Shown one piece after another: positions 1 to 12,369 of a stretch of 64,000 nucleotides of DNA. The stretch's first letter is position 1. The number at the start of each line of letters is the position of its first letter. A program made the position numbers and the translations under genes. The DNA is taken from positions 17,732,001-17,796,000 of the forward strand of contig NC_043024.1 of the NCBI RefSeq assembly GCF_006345805.1, written 5' to 3'. The DNA comes from Octopus sinensis (lineage: Eukaryota). The notes under the pieces are model-generated. The model was not told where the DNA came from. It saw only the letters and a program-made list of their open reading frames with translations, and searched no databases.

Positions 1-436
1 CGTACAGTCTACCTTTTACTCTGAGCGAGAGGCCCTTTGTCACCAGCAGAGGTAAGAGCTCTCTGAACTTAGCCCAGGCAATTCTTATTCTAGCAGCTAC
101 ACTTTCAGTGCACCCTCCCCCAATACTGACTTGGTCACCTAGGTAACAGAAGCTATCAACTACTTCTAGTTTTTCTCCCTGGAATGTGGCGGAAGTTGTT
201 CTCTGAACATTTTCAGTGTTTTTTATAGCACCTGAGCATCTGCCACATACGAAAACTATCCTCACAGTTAGCCTTCCTTTGATAATGCTGCACCTCTTAT
301 GTGTCCAGAGCTTACACTGGATACATCTTATAAAGTTTCTACCTACGCCTTTTCTACAGATCAAGCAGAGCCATCTACCTGAAGGGTTTGTGGTTTGCCT
401 GCCTTCCTACTTATTAGGACTTTAGTTTTAGCTACA
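1..436 (-). mobile_element. RTE-clade LINE fragment (RT C-terminal region with Cys/His finger), 5'-truncated, runs off the window edge
   Basis: Manual minus-strand translation with one frameshift: AKTKVLISRK../..WLCLICRKGVGRNFIRCIQCKLWTHKRC..FVCGRC..EVVDSFCYLGD..RIRIAWAKFRELLPLLVTKGLSLRVKGRLY. The KTKV, F.YLG and RI..AW.KF motifs are typical of RTE RT. Confidence 0.9.
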
Positions 437-438
437 CA

Positions 439-501
<63 letters not shown>

Positions 502-587
502 TACATATATATTTCTATTTATATGTACATATATATATATATATATATCTATATTACATATATATTACATATATATTTCTATATATA

Positions 588-986
588 GGCGCAGGAGTGG
601 CTGTGTGGTAAGTAGCTTGCTAACCAACCACATGGTTCCGGGTTCAGTCCCACTGTGTGGCATCTTGGGCAAGTGTCTTCTGCTATAGCCCCGGGCCGAC
701 CAATGCCTTGTGAGTGGATTTGGTAGACGGAAACTGAAAGAAGCCTGTCGTGTATATGTATGTATGTGTGTTTGTTTGTGTGTCTGTGTTTGTCCCCCTA
801 GCATTGCTTGACAACCGATGCTGGTGTGTTTATGTCTCCGTTACTTAGCGGTTCGGCAAAAGAGACCGATAGAATAAGTACTGGGCTTACAAAAAGAATA
901 AGTCCCGGGGTCGAGTTGCTTGATTAAAGGCGGTGCTCCAGCATGGCCGCAGTCAAATGACTGAAACAAGTAAAAGAGTAAAAGAG
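588..986 (+). mobile_element. SINE family A, full length (tRNA-like head, microsatellite hinge, tail)
   Basis: A-box-like TGGCTGTGTGG and B-box-like GGTTCAGTCCC, followed by CTTGGGCAAGTG; tail ends CCAGCATGGCCGCAGTCAAATGACTGAAACAAGTAAAAGAG; >20 related copies or halves in the window. Confidence 0.9.
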
Positions 987-1589
987 TATATATATATATG
1001 TACATAAATATATATACACACACACACTCATGTATATACATACACACACTCACACACACACACACACGCATACACACATTTACATATGCACACACACACA
1101 CGTTTAACAAAAGAGGAAAGTGGAAATTTTTTGGTTTTATTTATTGTCCATTATTTCATAATTCACAATTTTAATATGTATTTTGAGTAACACACAACAG
1201 CAACTGTGACCACACATAGGGTTTGTAATAATGGAATAAGCAGATGTTCTTCATAAGACAAAAGCTGAGATTATCCTAATTACCTATATAATAAATATAT
1301 ATATTCTTAGCAAGGTTACCAATGGTTTCATGTAAAGAGGGATCTGTTATCAATTACCAATTGTCATGTGTGACATGAACTTATATATGTAACTTGGTGT
1401 ATCCTCATCCAATATGGAGACAAGTAGCAGCTTTCTTATGTGGCAGGATCAATAATTGTTGAGAGACTGCTTGTTGCATGAAACATTTGGTAACCTTGTT
1501 AATCCACAAATACAGAATATTTATTCACTATTGTCGTATTGAGCATACTCATTCTCATCACTGTTTGATATTAGCATGTCTGTGTATAT

Positions 1590-2731
1590 ATCATCATCAT
1601 CATCATCATCATCGTTTAGCGTCCGTTTTCCATGCTAGCATGGGTTGGACGGGTCAACTGGGGTCTGTGAATCTGGAAGGCTTCGTCAGGCCCAGTCAGA
1701 TCTGGCAGTGTTTCTACGGCTGGATGCCCTTCCTAACGCCAACCACTCCGCGAGTGTAGTGGGTGTTTTTTACGTGCCACCTGCACAGGTGCCAGACAGA
1801 GCTGGCGAACGGCCACGAACGGATGGTGCTTTTACGTGTCACCGGCACGGGGCCAGGCGATGCTGGCAACGGACACGAACGGATGGTGCTTTTACGTGCC
1901 ACCGACACGGGGCCAGACAGAGCTGGCAACTGGCCACGAACGGACGGTGCTTTTACGTGTCACCGGCATGGGGGCCAGCCGAGGCTGGCAACGGACGCGA
2001 ACGGATGGTGCTTTTACGTGCCACCGACACGGTTGCCAGACAGAGCTGGCAAACAGCTACGAGCGGACGGTGCTTTTACGTGTCACCGGCACGGGGGCCA
2101 GCCGAGGCTGGCAACGGACGCGAACAGATGGTGCTTTTACGTGCCACCGACACGGTTGCCAGACAGAGCTGGCAAACGGTCACGAGCGGACGGTGCTTTT
2201 ACGTGTCACCGGCACGGGGGCCAGCCGAGGCTGGCAACAGACACGGACGGATGGTGCTTTTACGTGCCACCGACACGGGGCCAGACAGAGCTGGCAAACG
2301 GCCACGAACGGATGGTGCTTTTACGTGCCACCGACACGGGGCCAGACAGCTGGCCAACGGCCACGAACGGATGGTGCTTTTACGTGCCACCGACACGGGG
2401 CCAGGCAGAGCTGGCAAATGGCCATGAGCGAATGGTGCTTTTACGTATCACCGGCACGGGTGCCAGACGAGGCTGACAGCGGACACGAACAGATGGGTCA
2501 CTTAACCCCTGCTTTCTGATATATGATTTGATTTTGATTGTTCTCACTGGTCTTGCCGGGTCTTCTCACGCACAGCATACTTCCATAGGTCTTGGTCTCT
2601 GGTCATTTCCTTGGTGAGACCTAGAGTTCGAAGGTCGTGCTTCACCACCTTGACCCAGGTTTTTCCTGGGTCTACCTCTTCCACAGGTCCCCTCAACTGC
2701 CAGGGTGTGGCACTTTTTCACACCCTGGCAG
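1590..2731 (-). mobile_element. 5'-truncated RTE copy: ORF C-terminus, 3' UTR with 12 tandem ~61-bp units, (GAT)n tail
   Basis: 2720-2544 reads VKKCHTLAVEGTCGRGRPRK/TWVKVVKHDLRTLGLTKEMTRDQDLWKYAVREKTRQDQ* (one frameshift); UTR has AGGAAGGGCATCCAGC; tail is (ATC)n on + at 1590-1613. Confidence 0.9.
1761..2490. repeat. Minisatellite, 12 x ~60-63 bp with two alternating variants
   Basis: GGTGCTTTTACGT recurs at ~1825, 1885, 1946, 2007, 2069, 2130, 2192, 2253, 2314, 2373 and 2434, plus a variant at 1761. Confidence 0.95.
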
Positions 2732-2752
2732 GTATGTATGTATGTATGTATG

Positions 2753-2796
<44 letters not shown>

Positions 2797-3286
2797 ATAT
2801 ATAATCATATATGCACCAAAAAGTCATACTATATGTTTATCAATGAAACTGTAATGACATGTGAAGAGTTAATAAGCCTGTTAATCGCTTACAAACACAC
2901 ACACACACACACACATATCATTGCGTCTGGGGAGAGTCATTCTGTTTTAATGTAATACTTTGTTAATTAACACACACACTGGTTAAATTTCCACTCATTT
3001 GCTTGATTGATTGATTGATTCTAGTTTCAGCTCATGAGCTGTGGCCATGCTGGTGCACCGCCATTTATTTTTTCTTAAAACTTTCATTGTTTCTTGCAAC
3101 CTCTTTAATAGTCCAAATGTGTGTGTGTGTATATATGATGGCTTCTTTCAGTTTCTGTATACCAGATCCACTCACAGAACTTTGGGCAGTAAAACACTTG
3201 CTGAAGGCCTCAGGTCTGAGCCCTGAAACATGTGTTTGGGATGCAAGCTTCTTACCACACAGCCTCACCTTCACCTTCATATGCAT

Positions 3287-3318
<32 letters not shown>

Positions 3319-4589
3319 CATTATCATCCAGTGTTTTGAATTTAGGTTTTGTCCCCATTCACTGGGGTGGCTGGATCTACCTCAATGCTATAGCAACTGA
3401 GGAAGGCAGGTACAACCCACCCCAGCCTTTGGGCTGGCTGGAGAACATTCTCCTTTGCTATCAAGAGGCTTTTTTGGAGCTGGATTTTCTATGGAGAGCA
3501 TGTCCTTGCTTACCCCCAACCTCAGTTTCTAGACATGAGTGGTCCCAAGACCAAGGCCTCTACCATGATTTTTAAGAAATGTGGTGGAAAACTAACTCAG
3601 GAAGGCAGGGATGCTACTTCCTGAGACCCCTTTCAGAGCCCCCCCTGCCTACATATATATATGTGTATATATATAAGGATCAGCTTCCCTTTCCAGCTGC
3701 TATTTCAGAGACATGATTATATTCATGTCATTATTAGTAATTTGTAATATTTCCATTAATAATCCTTAATCCTTTTCTGTTTAATCAAATCAATAATCCA
3801 CCTATGTCTGGTTACCTCGAACACCTCACAACTTCTTGGTCTCGACGAATCATATTGTCATACAGACAGTTTGTATTAAATTAGGTGGTTGTGGGTGGAT
3901 GGTCACTAGTCTTCTTGGTAAAGTTTTATTTTTGTGGCTAAACATCAAGAACAACAACATTTCTACCCCAACAAGCATCATATAATGATTGTATGTGTGA
4001 CAGATTAAATGGGAGGAAGAAGAAAAGAAATATTATTGGCCTTTTATTTCCATAATTACAAAGTAAGATACACCTTCTTCAAGTTGTTGTTAGACACAAC
4101 TTATTTGTTGGTTCTGCTATCCATTCTGTAGGTGGTTAAATTCATCTTTTGTTGACTGCTAGAAGACTGGTGGAAAAAGAAGAAAGAAAATGTAAAAGAA
4201 TTTACACAAGTAGAGATGATGAAATTTATATGCTTCCTCTTTGACAACTCATCGGTCAAGAAAGAAACAGATACTCTTTGGCTAGATGTCAAATGACCAG
4301 AGCGATAGAGCCATTTTGGGTTCTGTATTTTTTTTTTTAACTAAATTAGGTCCGGCTGAACAAAGGATCCTTTCCTCTGTAATCAGCCTTGACCCACGTT
4401 TGACTTGAAAAGGTTACAGGTTAACAATTAGCACTCATAGATTTCTAAGAACAAAAGCTGACAACAATTCGAAAGAAACTGGTAGAAAGATATAGATTCT
4501 GTTTCGAATCCTGGCTTAGAAGTCTAAGAAGCTATTCATTACAATCACTTCAAACATCAAATCTGAACCATATCAAAGCTAGGTCCTGT

Positions 4590-4886
4590 TATCATCATCA
4601 TCATCATCATCATTACCAACACTATCACCACCACCACCACCAACAACAACAACAATACTCTTGTCATCATCATCATCATCACCCCACCCCTTCCTTTAAT
4701 GCCGACAACAAACACCAACTTTCATCCCTCTCTCTTCATTTATCTTCACTTCCACCACTACCACCACCACCATAACACCAACAACCACTGTCACTGCAAC
4801 CACAACTACTGCTGCCACCACTACTATTACTACTACTACTGTCTCAATCACCACCATTATCATTATCACTTGTAACTGCCGCCACC

Positions 4887-4918
<32 letters not shown>

Positions 4919-5385
4919 CAGCAGTAATACTATACCAGTGTATTTCTTTTATCTCTTCTTTATAATCACCACCATCACCACTACCATTACTACCACTGCC
5001 ACCACTACCAGCATCTCTATTGACACCACCACCACCATCGCAACTACCACTACCACCACCACCGTCACCACAACAACCACTGCCACCACCACTATCGTCA
5101 GCAGCAGCACCACCCCCACCACAGCTATCACTGCTACCACCACAACTGCCACCATCACAACTACCACCACCACTACAACCAGCATCAACACCACTACCAC
5201 AACCACAACTCCCACTGCCACTTTCACAATTACCAGCATGACAACTACCACTACCACCACCATCACCACCACTTCCAGTACCACCTCATGTGCTACTGTA
5301 CTACAACCAACAAGAAATCCTTCCTCTTCTCCTTCCACCTCTCCCCCACCTCCGCTATATTGTCTTATCAACATGCAACACAACC
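4590..5385. repeat. Degenerate (ACC/ACT/ATC)n trinucleotide tract
   Basis: Direct reading; source of the poly-Thr, poly-Val and poly-Pro ORFs. Confidence 0.95.
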
Positions 5386-5679
5386 AATAACTAATTACTG
5401 CCGCACATTTAATTGGAATTAAGAAATAACGAATCTCATTTCATACAATTCGAACCACAACAAACAACAAGACATAAATAAATACAGAAATTAATATCAT
5501 GTAAACAGCAACAACAGCAACAAACCCCACCTTCCCACCAACACCACCATCCTCTTAGAAATATGTGTGTGATGGATGAGGTAGCTCCCAGCCATTCCGC
5601 TATGCATAGAGAAAACTCGGGAAGGGCACGGTTGGAATGTCTTGTTATGTCTGCTCAACATGGCCACCTGGCAGGATTG

Positions 5680-6325
5680 TTAACACACCAGGCAAAATGC
5701 TTAGTGGTATTTTGTCCATCTGCATGTTCTGAGTTCAAACTCTGCCCTGGTTGACTTTGTCTTTGATCTTTCAAGGATCAATTAAATAAGTGCTCGTTAT
5801 GCAATGGGGTCGATGTAATTGACTTACCCCCTTCCCACCCACCAGTATTTCAGGCCTTGTGCCTGTAGTAGAAAGGATTATCATCATCATCATTATTATT
5901 ATTAAGGTGGCGAGCTGGCAGAATTGTTAGCACACCAGGTGAAATGCTTAGCGGTATTTCGTCTGTCTTTACATTCTGAGTTCAAATTCCTCCAAGGTCA
6001 ACTTTGCCTTTCATCCTTTTGGGGTTGATGCCATAAGTACCAGTTAAGTGCTGGGGTCAATATGATCAACTATCCCTCTCCCCATGAATTCCAAGCCTGT
6101 TGTTGTTATTGTTGCTGCTGTTGTTGTTGTCATGGTCGTTGTTGTTGTTGTTGCTGCTGCTGTTGTTGTTGTTGTTTAGGTAGTGAGCTGGTAGAATCAT
6201 TTGAACAATGAGCAAAATGCTTAGAGGTATTTCGTCTGCCCCTGCATTCCAAGCTGTTGTAATTGTCTTACCCCATCGCTGAAATTGCTGGCCTTGTGCC
6301 AAAATTCGAAAGTATTTTTACTGTT
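5680..6325 (+). mobile_element. Three head-to-tail SINE family B copies
   Basis: GAGCTGGCAGAAT.GTTAGCA..GAAATGCTTAGCGGTATTTCG..GAGTTCAAAT..CCTTTCATCCTTT.GGGGT.GAT..ATAAGTACCAG recurs three times, separated by (ATT)n or (GTT)n tails. Confidence 0.8.
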
Positions 6326-6540
6326 ACGCATTGCTATCATCAGCACCACCACCCACACCATCACTTCCACTATAATCAACATCATCGTCATCATCATCAG
6401 AGCTTGACATCAGCTTTTCCATGTTGGTTTAGGCTGGACAAGGTTTTTGATTCCATAATTTACAATTGGACGCATCGGTTGTTGCCAGTTCTTTTAGCCT
6501 CTCATGATGAGTAGGGAGACTGCTTTTCAATTATATTCTT

Positions 6541-6962
6541 CAATTTGTTTCAGTCATTTGACTGCGGCCATGCTGGAGCACCACCTTTAGTTGAACAAAT
6601 CGACTCCATGACTCATTCTTTGTAAGCCTAGTACTTATTCTATCGGTCTCTTTTGCCGAACCGCTAAGATATAGGGACAAAGACAAGCCACCAAGGGATG
6701 TCAAGCGATGGTGGGGGATAAACACAAACATACACACACACACATACAAATATATATATATATATTATATATATATATATATGAATATATATATATATAT
6801 ACAACGGGCTTCTTTCAGTTTCTGTCTACCAAATCCACTCACAAGGCTTTGGTCGGCCCAAGGCTATAGTAGAAAACACTTGTCCAAGGTGCCATGCAGT
6901 GGGATTGAACCCGGAATTATGTGGTTGGTAAGCAAGCTACTTACTACACAGCCACTCCTGTG
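6541..6962 (-). mobile_element. SINE family A, full length
   Basis: Reverse complement of 588-986, with a (TA)n hinge. Confidence 0.9.
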
Positions 6963-7167
6963 CCTATCACAGTATAGCCCAGTGTGCTAACGATTCTGTC
7001 AGCTGACCACCTAAGCAACAAGAACAGCTACAACATTTCACAATATAATGAAGTGGTCACACATAAAAAAGTATGAGAGCAGAGTTTAGTGTTGAAACAC
7101 ACTGTCTTTATGTCAATAAATTTTGAAAATAATAAAGAATTTATTGAGAGAACTGTGTCGTTATTAA

Positions 7168-8009
7168 CCCTTTTGATCTCCCCCCCCCCAGCTGATGCCA
7201 TCCCTGCCATAACACAAACTTCCAATTTTAAAGTGATCTGAATCAAAGACTTCCATCAAAATTTCATGTTAATATATATTCAAAAGGCCAGCTTAATAAG
7301 GACAAAATTATTTTATTAAATTCTTTTATATGTTTCAGTCCAATGACTGTGGCCATACTAGAGCACCGCCATTGTAATCATCTTTCCACTTTCCACCTTT
7401 GTCAGAGCAGCTTTTAGTGAAGAATGGAGTTCGATGCTACTGCCCTCTTTTGATTTTCTTGCTTAGATATTGGCTCATCTGAGATCTCTGCGAGCCAGAG
7501 GTCAAGTTCACATTTGAAAACGTCTACATCCACTCGATGGAGGCTCCTCAGATGCTTCGGCAGACAGTTAAACAGCTGTGGGCCCTTGAAACACAAGCTA
7601 TTGCAGTACATCGTCGTTGCCCGAGATGAAGCAGTCGGCACATTGGGGACAGCACAGTGATGTCCCATTCGTGGTCTGGTATAGCTCTTTACTCCAAAGT
7701 TTGGTTCCAGTCTTTCCAGTATCTTTCATAAATATATATTACTGCATACCTCTCCCGCCTTCACTCCAGGGAATAGAGTCGCAGCTCTTTCAACCTGTCC
7801 CAGTAACTGAATTGTTCCATTTCTTTGTGTTATGTTGTTGGACTGCTCTAAGCTCTGCCATCGTCCTTGTAGTATAATTCTTTGTTGGTAAAGAAAGGTA
7901 AACATGTGTTTGGAACACAAATTAACAGGAAATTTTGATGGAAGGTTTTACTTTAGATTGCTTTCACAGAATCAGGGGGTCGTCTCAGATGTATTTGATA
8001 TCAAAAGGG
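7168..8009. mobile_element. piggyBac-like MITE interrupted by a SINE-A fragment and a CR1-like fragment
   Basis: TTAA|CCCTTTTGAT at 7164-7177 and ATCAAAAGGG|TTCA at 8000-8013 form inverted termini in a TTAA context; related ends at ~9345 and ~14752. Confidence 0.55.
7405..7865 (-). mobile_element. CR1/L2-like LINE 3' fragment
   Basis: EMEQFSYWDRLKELRLYSLE*RRERYAVIYI, then (ORF track) NSLCFKGPQLFNCLPKHLRSLHRVDVDVFKCELDLWL..DEP..RAVASNSI. Confidence 0.85.
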
Positions 8010-8132
8010 TTCAACAGACATTTTACAACGAACCAGACAGGATTTTGAAAATAATCAAGAATTGTAAGGAAGTGTGTTTATTTCAAGAGAAATACTGTGA
8101 TTAAAGGGTTGAAGTAAATTCTGTCCTCATAA

Positions 8133-9138
8133 GCATGGCTGTGTGGTAAGAAGAGTGCTTCCCAACCATGTAGTCTTCGGTTCAGTACTGCTCAGTGGCG
8201 GCTCATAGATAAAATTGGAGGGGTTGCTGCTTCAGAAAATCTTTAGCCATTGTTTTAATTCTGTGTAAAAGAAACAAACATGTAAAAAGAAAATGTGTAC
8301 ATAAACTTGATTGCTTCATGTTTTAGCCATGTAGTGTGTTTAATTTGTTCACTGAACACTGCTGCAAATTCCCCATTGTTTTTCACCCCCCCCCCCAAAT
8401 CACAAAATAAGGGGAGAAAATCTGCCCTATTTTTCAAATCGTGACAGCACTGAAGCTGGAAGCAGAATAATAATCTAATTCTACACTTTATCACACGTTT
8501 TTAAACACAACACACACAAAGTCAAACAGAAACACTACCTTTCACTTGCCACTGTCGTTCACGCAGCGCTCTCTCTCCCTAGCATGAAGCTTCCTGTCTC
8601 AGACATGTGCGCATGCACACAACAACCAAACACTATGTCGCCGGAACTGTGAAGCACACAGTTCTATACAAGGATTTAAAAATTTTTTTCATAAGCTAAG
8701 GGATGGCTACTGAAATTAAGCTTAACGATTATATAATATAAAGAAAAAATTAAAGAGAAAAGGATTCATTATATTGAATATTATCGATAACATCAAGTGG
8801 AAATAGGGGTTGCTACAGTTCCACAGTGCCTATACATGAGCCACCACTGGTACTGCTACATGGTGCCTTAAGCAAGTGCCCTCCACTATAGCACTGGGCC
8901 AATCGAAGCCTTGTGAGTGGATTTAGTAGATAGAAACTGAAAGAAACCTTATGTGTCTTTCTGTTTATGTTTTTATCCTACCAGTGCTGGTTTGTTTACA
9001 TCCCTGTTAAAAAAGAGACTGATAGAATAAGTACCAGGTTTAAGAATAAGTGCTGGAGTTAATTTTCAACTAACCCCTTTAAGAAGGTGCTCTAGTTTGG
9101 TCAGAGACCAAAGGCTGAAACAAGCAAAAGATAAAAGA
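8133..9138 (+). mobile_element. SINE family A split by a hAT insertion
   Basis: Head at 8133-8192 resumes at 8850 (ACATGGTGCCTTAAGCAAGTG) and continues to the tail end at ~9138. Confidence 0.85.
8193..8849. mobile_element. Non-autonomous hAT element (657 bp)
   Basis: TIRs CAGTGGCGGCTCAT / ATGAGCCACCACTG; perfect 8-bp TSD GTACTGCT at 8185-8192 and 8850-8857. Confidence 0.92.
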
Positions 9139-9821
9139 TAACTCTATGTAAAAACTCTTCATTGTTTTCCCCTTTTAAATGAACTAATTTGATCAACGTT
9201 AACCAAACGACTGGAACATAATTTTATGAAAAGTATGCTTATAATTACAATGGAAGATTTAGTTCAAATATAAATATTTTAAAATGGTAAAGCATTGAAT
9301 CCAGAATCGCTTGTGATCTCAGGCAGATTGGTATCAAAAGGGTTAAATGAACAGACTGTGGCACTAAAACTGAAAGAATTATTATATTATTGAAGACATT
9401 GGTTGTTTGTATAAGCATGCGTCAGTGCAATGTGTTGTTGCAGTAACACAATTGCAGCTACACAATGGAACTACCAGGATAATAAAATGGAATATTTTTC
9501 ATGCATCTTTTTATTAATGTTTGAAATGAAATAGTAGAATTCCCCACAGACATATCTTGTCAAACAGAGAAAAATCATATTTATCAAAGTCTGAATGGAT
9601 TGGGAAAATATTAATTTAAAAATTTGTAATCGTTTGGAGCCAAACTTTTATTTACTGTTTATTTTTTTCTATTGTTTTCTACGTGTTGCTGTTTTTGTTA
9701 TTGGTGAGCCACAAGTCAGCTAGCACTGATCAAACAAGCCTATGATCAAATGCATTCCAATTGTGGTTACCCTGCCTTCTTCATATGTGAAGGAAACAAA
9801 ACCGGATTATTTTAACGTATC

Positions 9822-10182
9822 CTCTTTTACTTCTTTCAGTCATTTGACTGCGGCCATGCTGGAGCACCGCCTTTAGTCGAGCAAATCAACCCCAGGACTT
9901 ATTCTTTGTAAGCCTAGTACTTATTCTATCGGTCCCTTTTGCTGAACCACTAAGTTACAGGGACGTAAACACACCACCATTTGCTGTCAAGCGATGTTGG
10001 GGCGACAAACACAAACACATAAATACACTCACACATACATATATACGATGGGCTTCTTTCAGTTTCCGTCTACCAAATCCACTCACAAGGCTTTGGTCAG
10101 CCCGAGGCTATAGTAGAAGACACTTGCCCAAGGTGCCACGCAGTGGGAATGAACCCGGAACCACACAGCCACTCTTGCGCCC
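9822..10182 (-). mobile_element. SINE family A, near full length
   Basis: Tail and head both present on the reverse strand; short deletion in the head. Confidence 0.88.
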
Positions 10183-10593
10183 AGTGTCCTGTTCAAATTT
10201 CAAATTTTCTAAGATGGTGAGCCATGATTTCAGGGATATTTGACTGCTGTTTCTAGCAAGAGCAGTTACCATATAGAGGATCTCTCATTGATTCATGTAA
10301 TGTTGCTTAATTAGTAGGGTCATTAGAACAGACACAAAACCTTGCACAATACCTTGTGGTATTTATTCCAATTTTCTACACTGCAAGTTCAAACTCTTGG
10401 AACATCAACTTAACTTTTCATCCTTTTGGGGTCAATAAAACAACTGTTCTACTAATCTGGTGTAACTGCTCGTGTGTTGGACAGGATGGTTTGGAGACAT
10501 TTTGAATTAGGAGGCGAGTGGGTGTATTGAAACATCCAGCCAAGTGGAATTTTGAAAATAATCAAGGATTTAAAGGCATTTATTAAAATAACT

Positions 10594-10905
10594 GTGGAGG
10601 CACAATGGCCCAGTGGTTAGGGCAGCAGACTTGCAGTCGTAGGATTGCAGTTTCGATACCCAGACTGGGCATTGTGAGTGTTTATTGAGCGAAAACATCT
10701 AAAGTTCGATGAGGCTCCGGCAGGGGGTGGTGGTGATCCCTGCTGTACTCTTTCACCACATCTTTCTCTCACTCTTTCTTTTGTTGTCCTGCTCGCTTAG
10801 CCAGCAGGGTGGCATCATTGAAGGCTAAAACAATGTGAAGCACATTGTGACCAGCGATGTGTAGCAACATCTGATGGCTTGGTCGGTAATGTGATCATGT
10901 GATTA
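10594..10905 (+). mobile_element. tRNA-headed SINE family D
   Basis: TGGCCCAGTGG A-box and GTTTCGATACCC B-box-like motif; same head at 60986 (minus); same tail at ~22000-22110 (minus). Confidence 0.8.
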
Positions 10906-10942
10906 AAATAACTAATTTTGTTATTTTAACATTTGGAATATA

Positions 10943-12138
10943 TTAGGATTGGCAGAAAAGTTCATAGGTTGCTGAAGACACTCAAATAGAATGTGACCAA
11001 ACATAGTCCTCTTTGCAGTCCACACACTTCTTCCATCAGTGTTCCAGTGCTTGGATCCCATTGGTGAAAAAGCTCTCATCCTGTTGGCCAAAAAAGCCAT
11101 CAACAGCATCTATGAAGTCATCATCACTGTGATTCTGGTTCCCAACCGACTGCTTTCTTTCTTGTTGTGGAACAGATGATAGTCAGATGAAACCAAATAA
11201 GGAGAAAAGATAGGGTGGAGCATTGTCCTGATGAAACAAGACCCCTTTTCTCAGTTCAGTGTCCCTGTGTATTTGGTCTTTATAGCCTTTCGTAACTGCC
11301 TCAGCAAGTTGGCATAGGACCACACCTCTCTATTGGTGGTGTGGTTCTTTTGGAAATAGTCATTCAACCCAATGCTTTTAGTATCCCAAAAGACTGAGGC
11401 CATCACCTTCCCTACCAATGAAATGATTTTGGCTTTCTTTGGACCAGGTGAGGAGGGGGTGTTACCACTGCATGGATTGTCTCTTTGTCTCTGGCTCAAA
11501 GCGATGAACTCAACACTCATTTTGGGTTGAGAAACATTCAAAGAAACCTGCTGGATCTGCTTCAAACAATGTCAGATTTTCCCATGATTTTCAGCACATT
11601 TGATCAGGTGTCAGAAGATGTGGCATCCTCTGAGCAAAATCTTCATTATGCTAAGTTCATTGTGCAGAATATTCTCAGCTCTCACTGAATATGCCAATAG
11701 TATTGGCTGTTTGATTCATAGTCAATCGTCCATCATCCATCACCATATGGTGAACACGATCAATGTTTTCCTCGGTGGCGGCAGTTGCAGGATGTCCAGA
11801 CTTGGGTCATCTACAAGACTCTCCATTCCTCTGCTAAATTCAGATGCCCACTTCTGCACTGTTGATAAAGCTGGAGCATCATCTCCTGATGTAGCAGCCA
11901 TGTCACTATGAATGTCCTTGGGGCTTAAACCCTTTTTCTGCAGGCACTTGATAATGCCACAATGCCAAATTTTGTCCCTTTTCAAGAGAGGTGGCTACTA
12001 GTTCTTTGAATAGTCAGTTTACCTGGAAAGAAACAAGGAGGTTATTAATAAGAAGAGCTGAAATTAATGCATGGTAGAATTCACAGCTCAAGCATTACAC
12101 CTCCGTAGTCAGCCTATGAGCTTTTCAGCCCACCCTCG
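10943..12138 (-). mobile_element. Decayed near-full-length mariner transposon
   Basis: ORF pieces KKGLSPKDIHSDM..LSTVQKWASEF and PGPKKAK..GKVMASVFWD; diverged TIRs GGATTGGCAGAAAAGTTCATAGG (~10946) and CCTATGAGCTTTTCAGCCCACCCTCG (to 12138); frameshifted. Confidence 0.9.
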
Positions 12139-12139
12139 A

Positions 12140-12365
12140 ATCATCATCATCATCATCATCCTTTATCATCCACTTTTCTATGTTTGCATGGGTTGGAAGG
12201 AATTTGTTGAGGCAAATTTTCTAAAGCTGGATGCCCATCCTGTCAACAACCTTTACCTGTTTCCAAGCAAGGTAATATTTCCCCTTGACCACACTGGAAA
12301 TGACTAATGCTTCTTGTACGAGAATGACAACCATTTACAACTGTCGCTCAATGTCAAGACAAGGA
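12140..12365 (-). mobile_element. Short retroposon family F, sharing the RTE 3' tail
   Basis: CTGGATGCCC.TCCT tail motif with (ATC)n but a different 5' body; copies at 25800-26050 and 48617-48760 on +. Confidence 0.65.
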
Positions 12366-12369
12366 GAGA

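Noticed and set aside
588-680. tRNA genes at SINE heads (also 10594, 16812, 35478)
   Set aside because: They have A/B boxes, but I could not fold a full cloverleaf and they run into SINE bodies.
1645-2519. Three overlapping 227-260 aa ORFs
   Set aside because: All three frames are open across a GC-rich minisatellite in an RTE UTR, on the antisense strand of the element.
4100-4570. Possible decayed Penelope-like RT (MMKFICFLFDNSSVK; KLTTIRKKLVERY)
   Set aside because: Only weak resemblance, with stops and no catalytic motif; needs a profile search.
4938-5390. Mucin-like poly-Thr ORF
   Set aside because: Triplet microsatellite without a non-repetitive domain or supporting splice sites.
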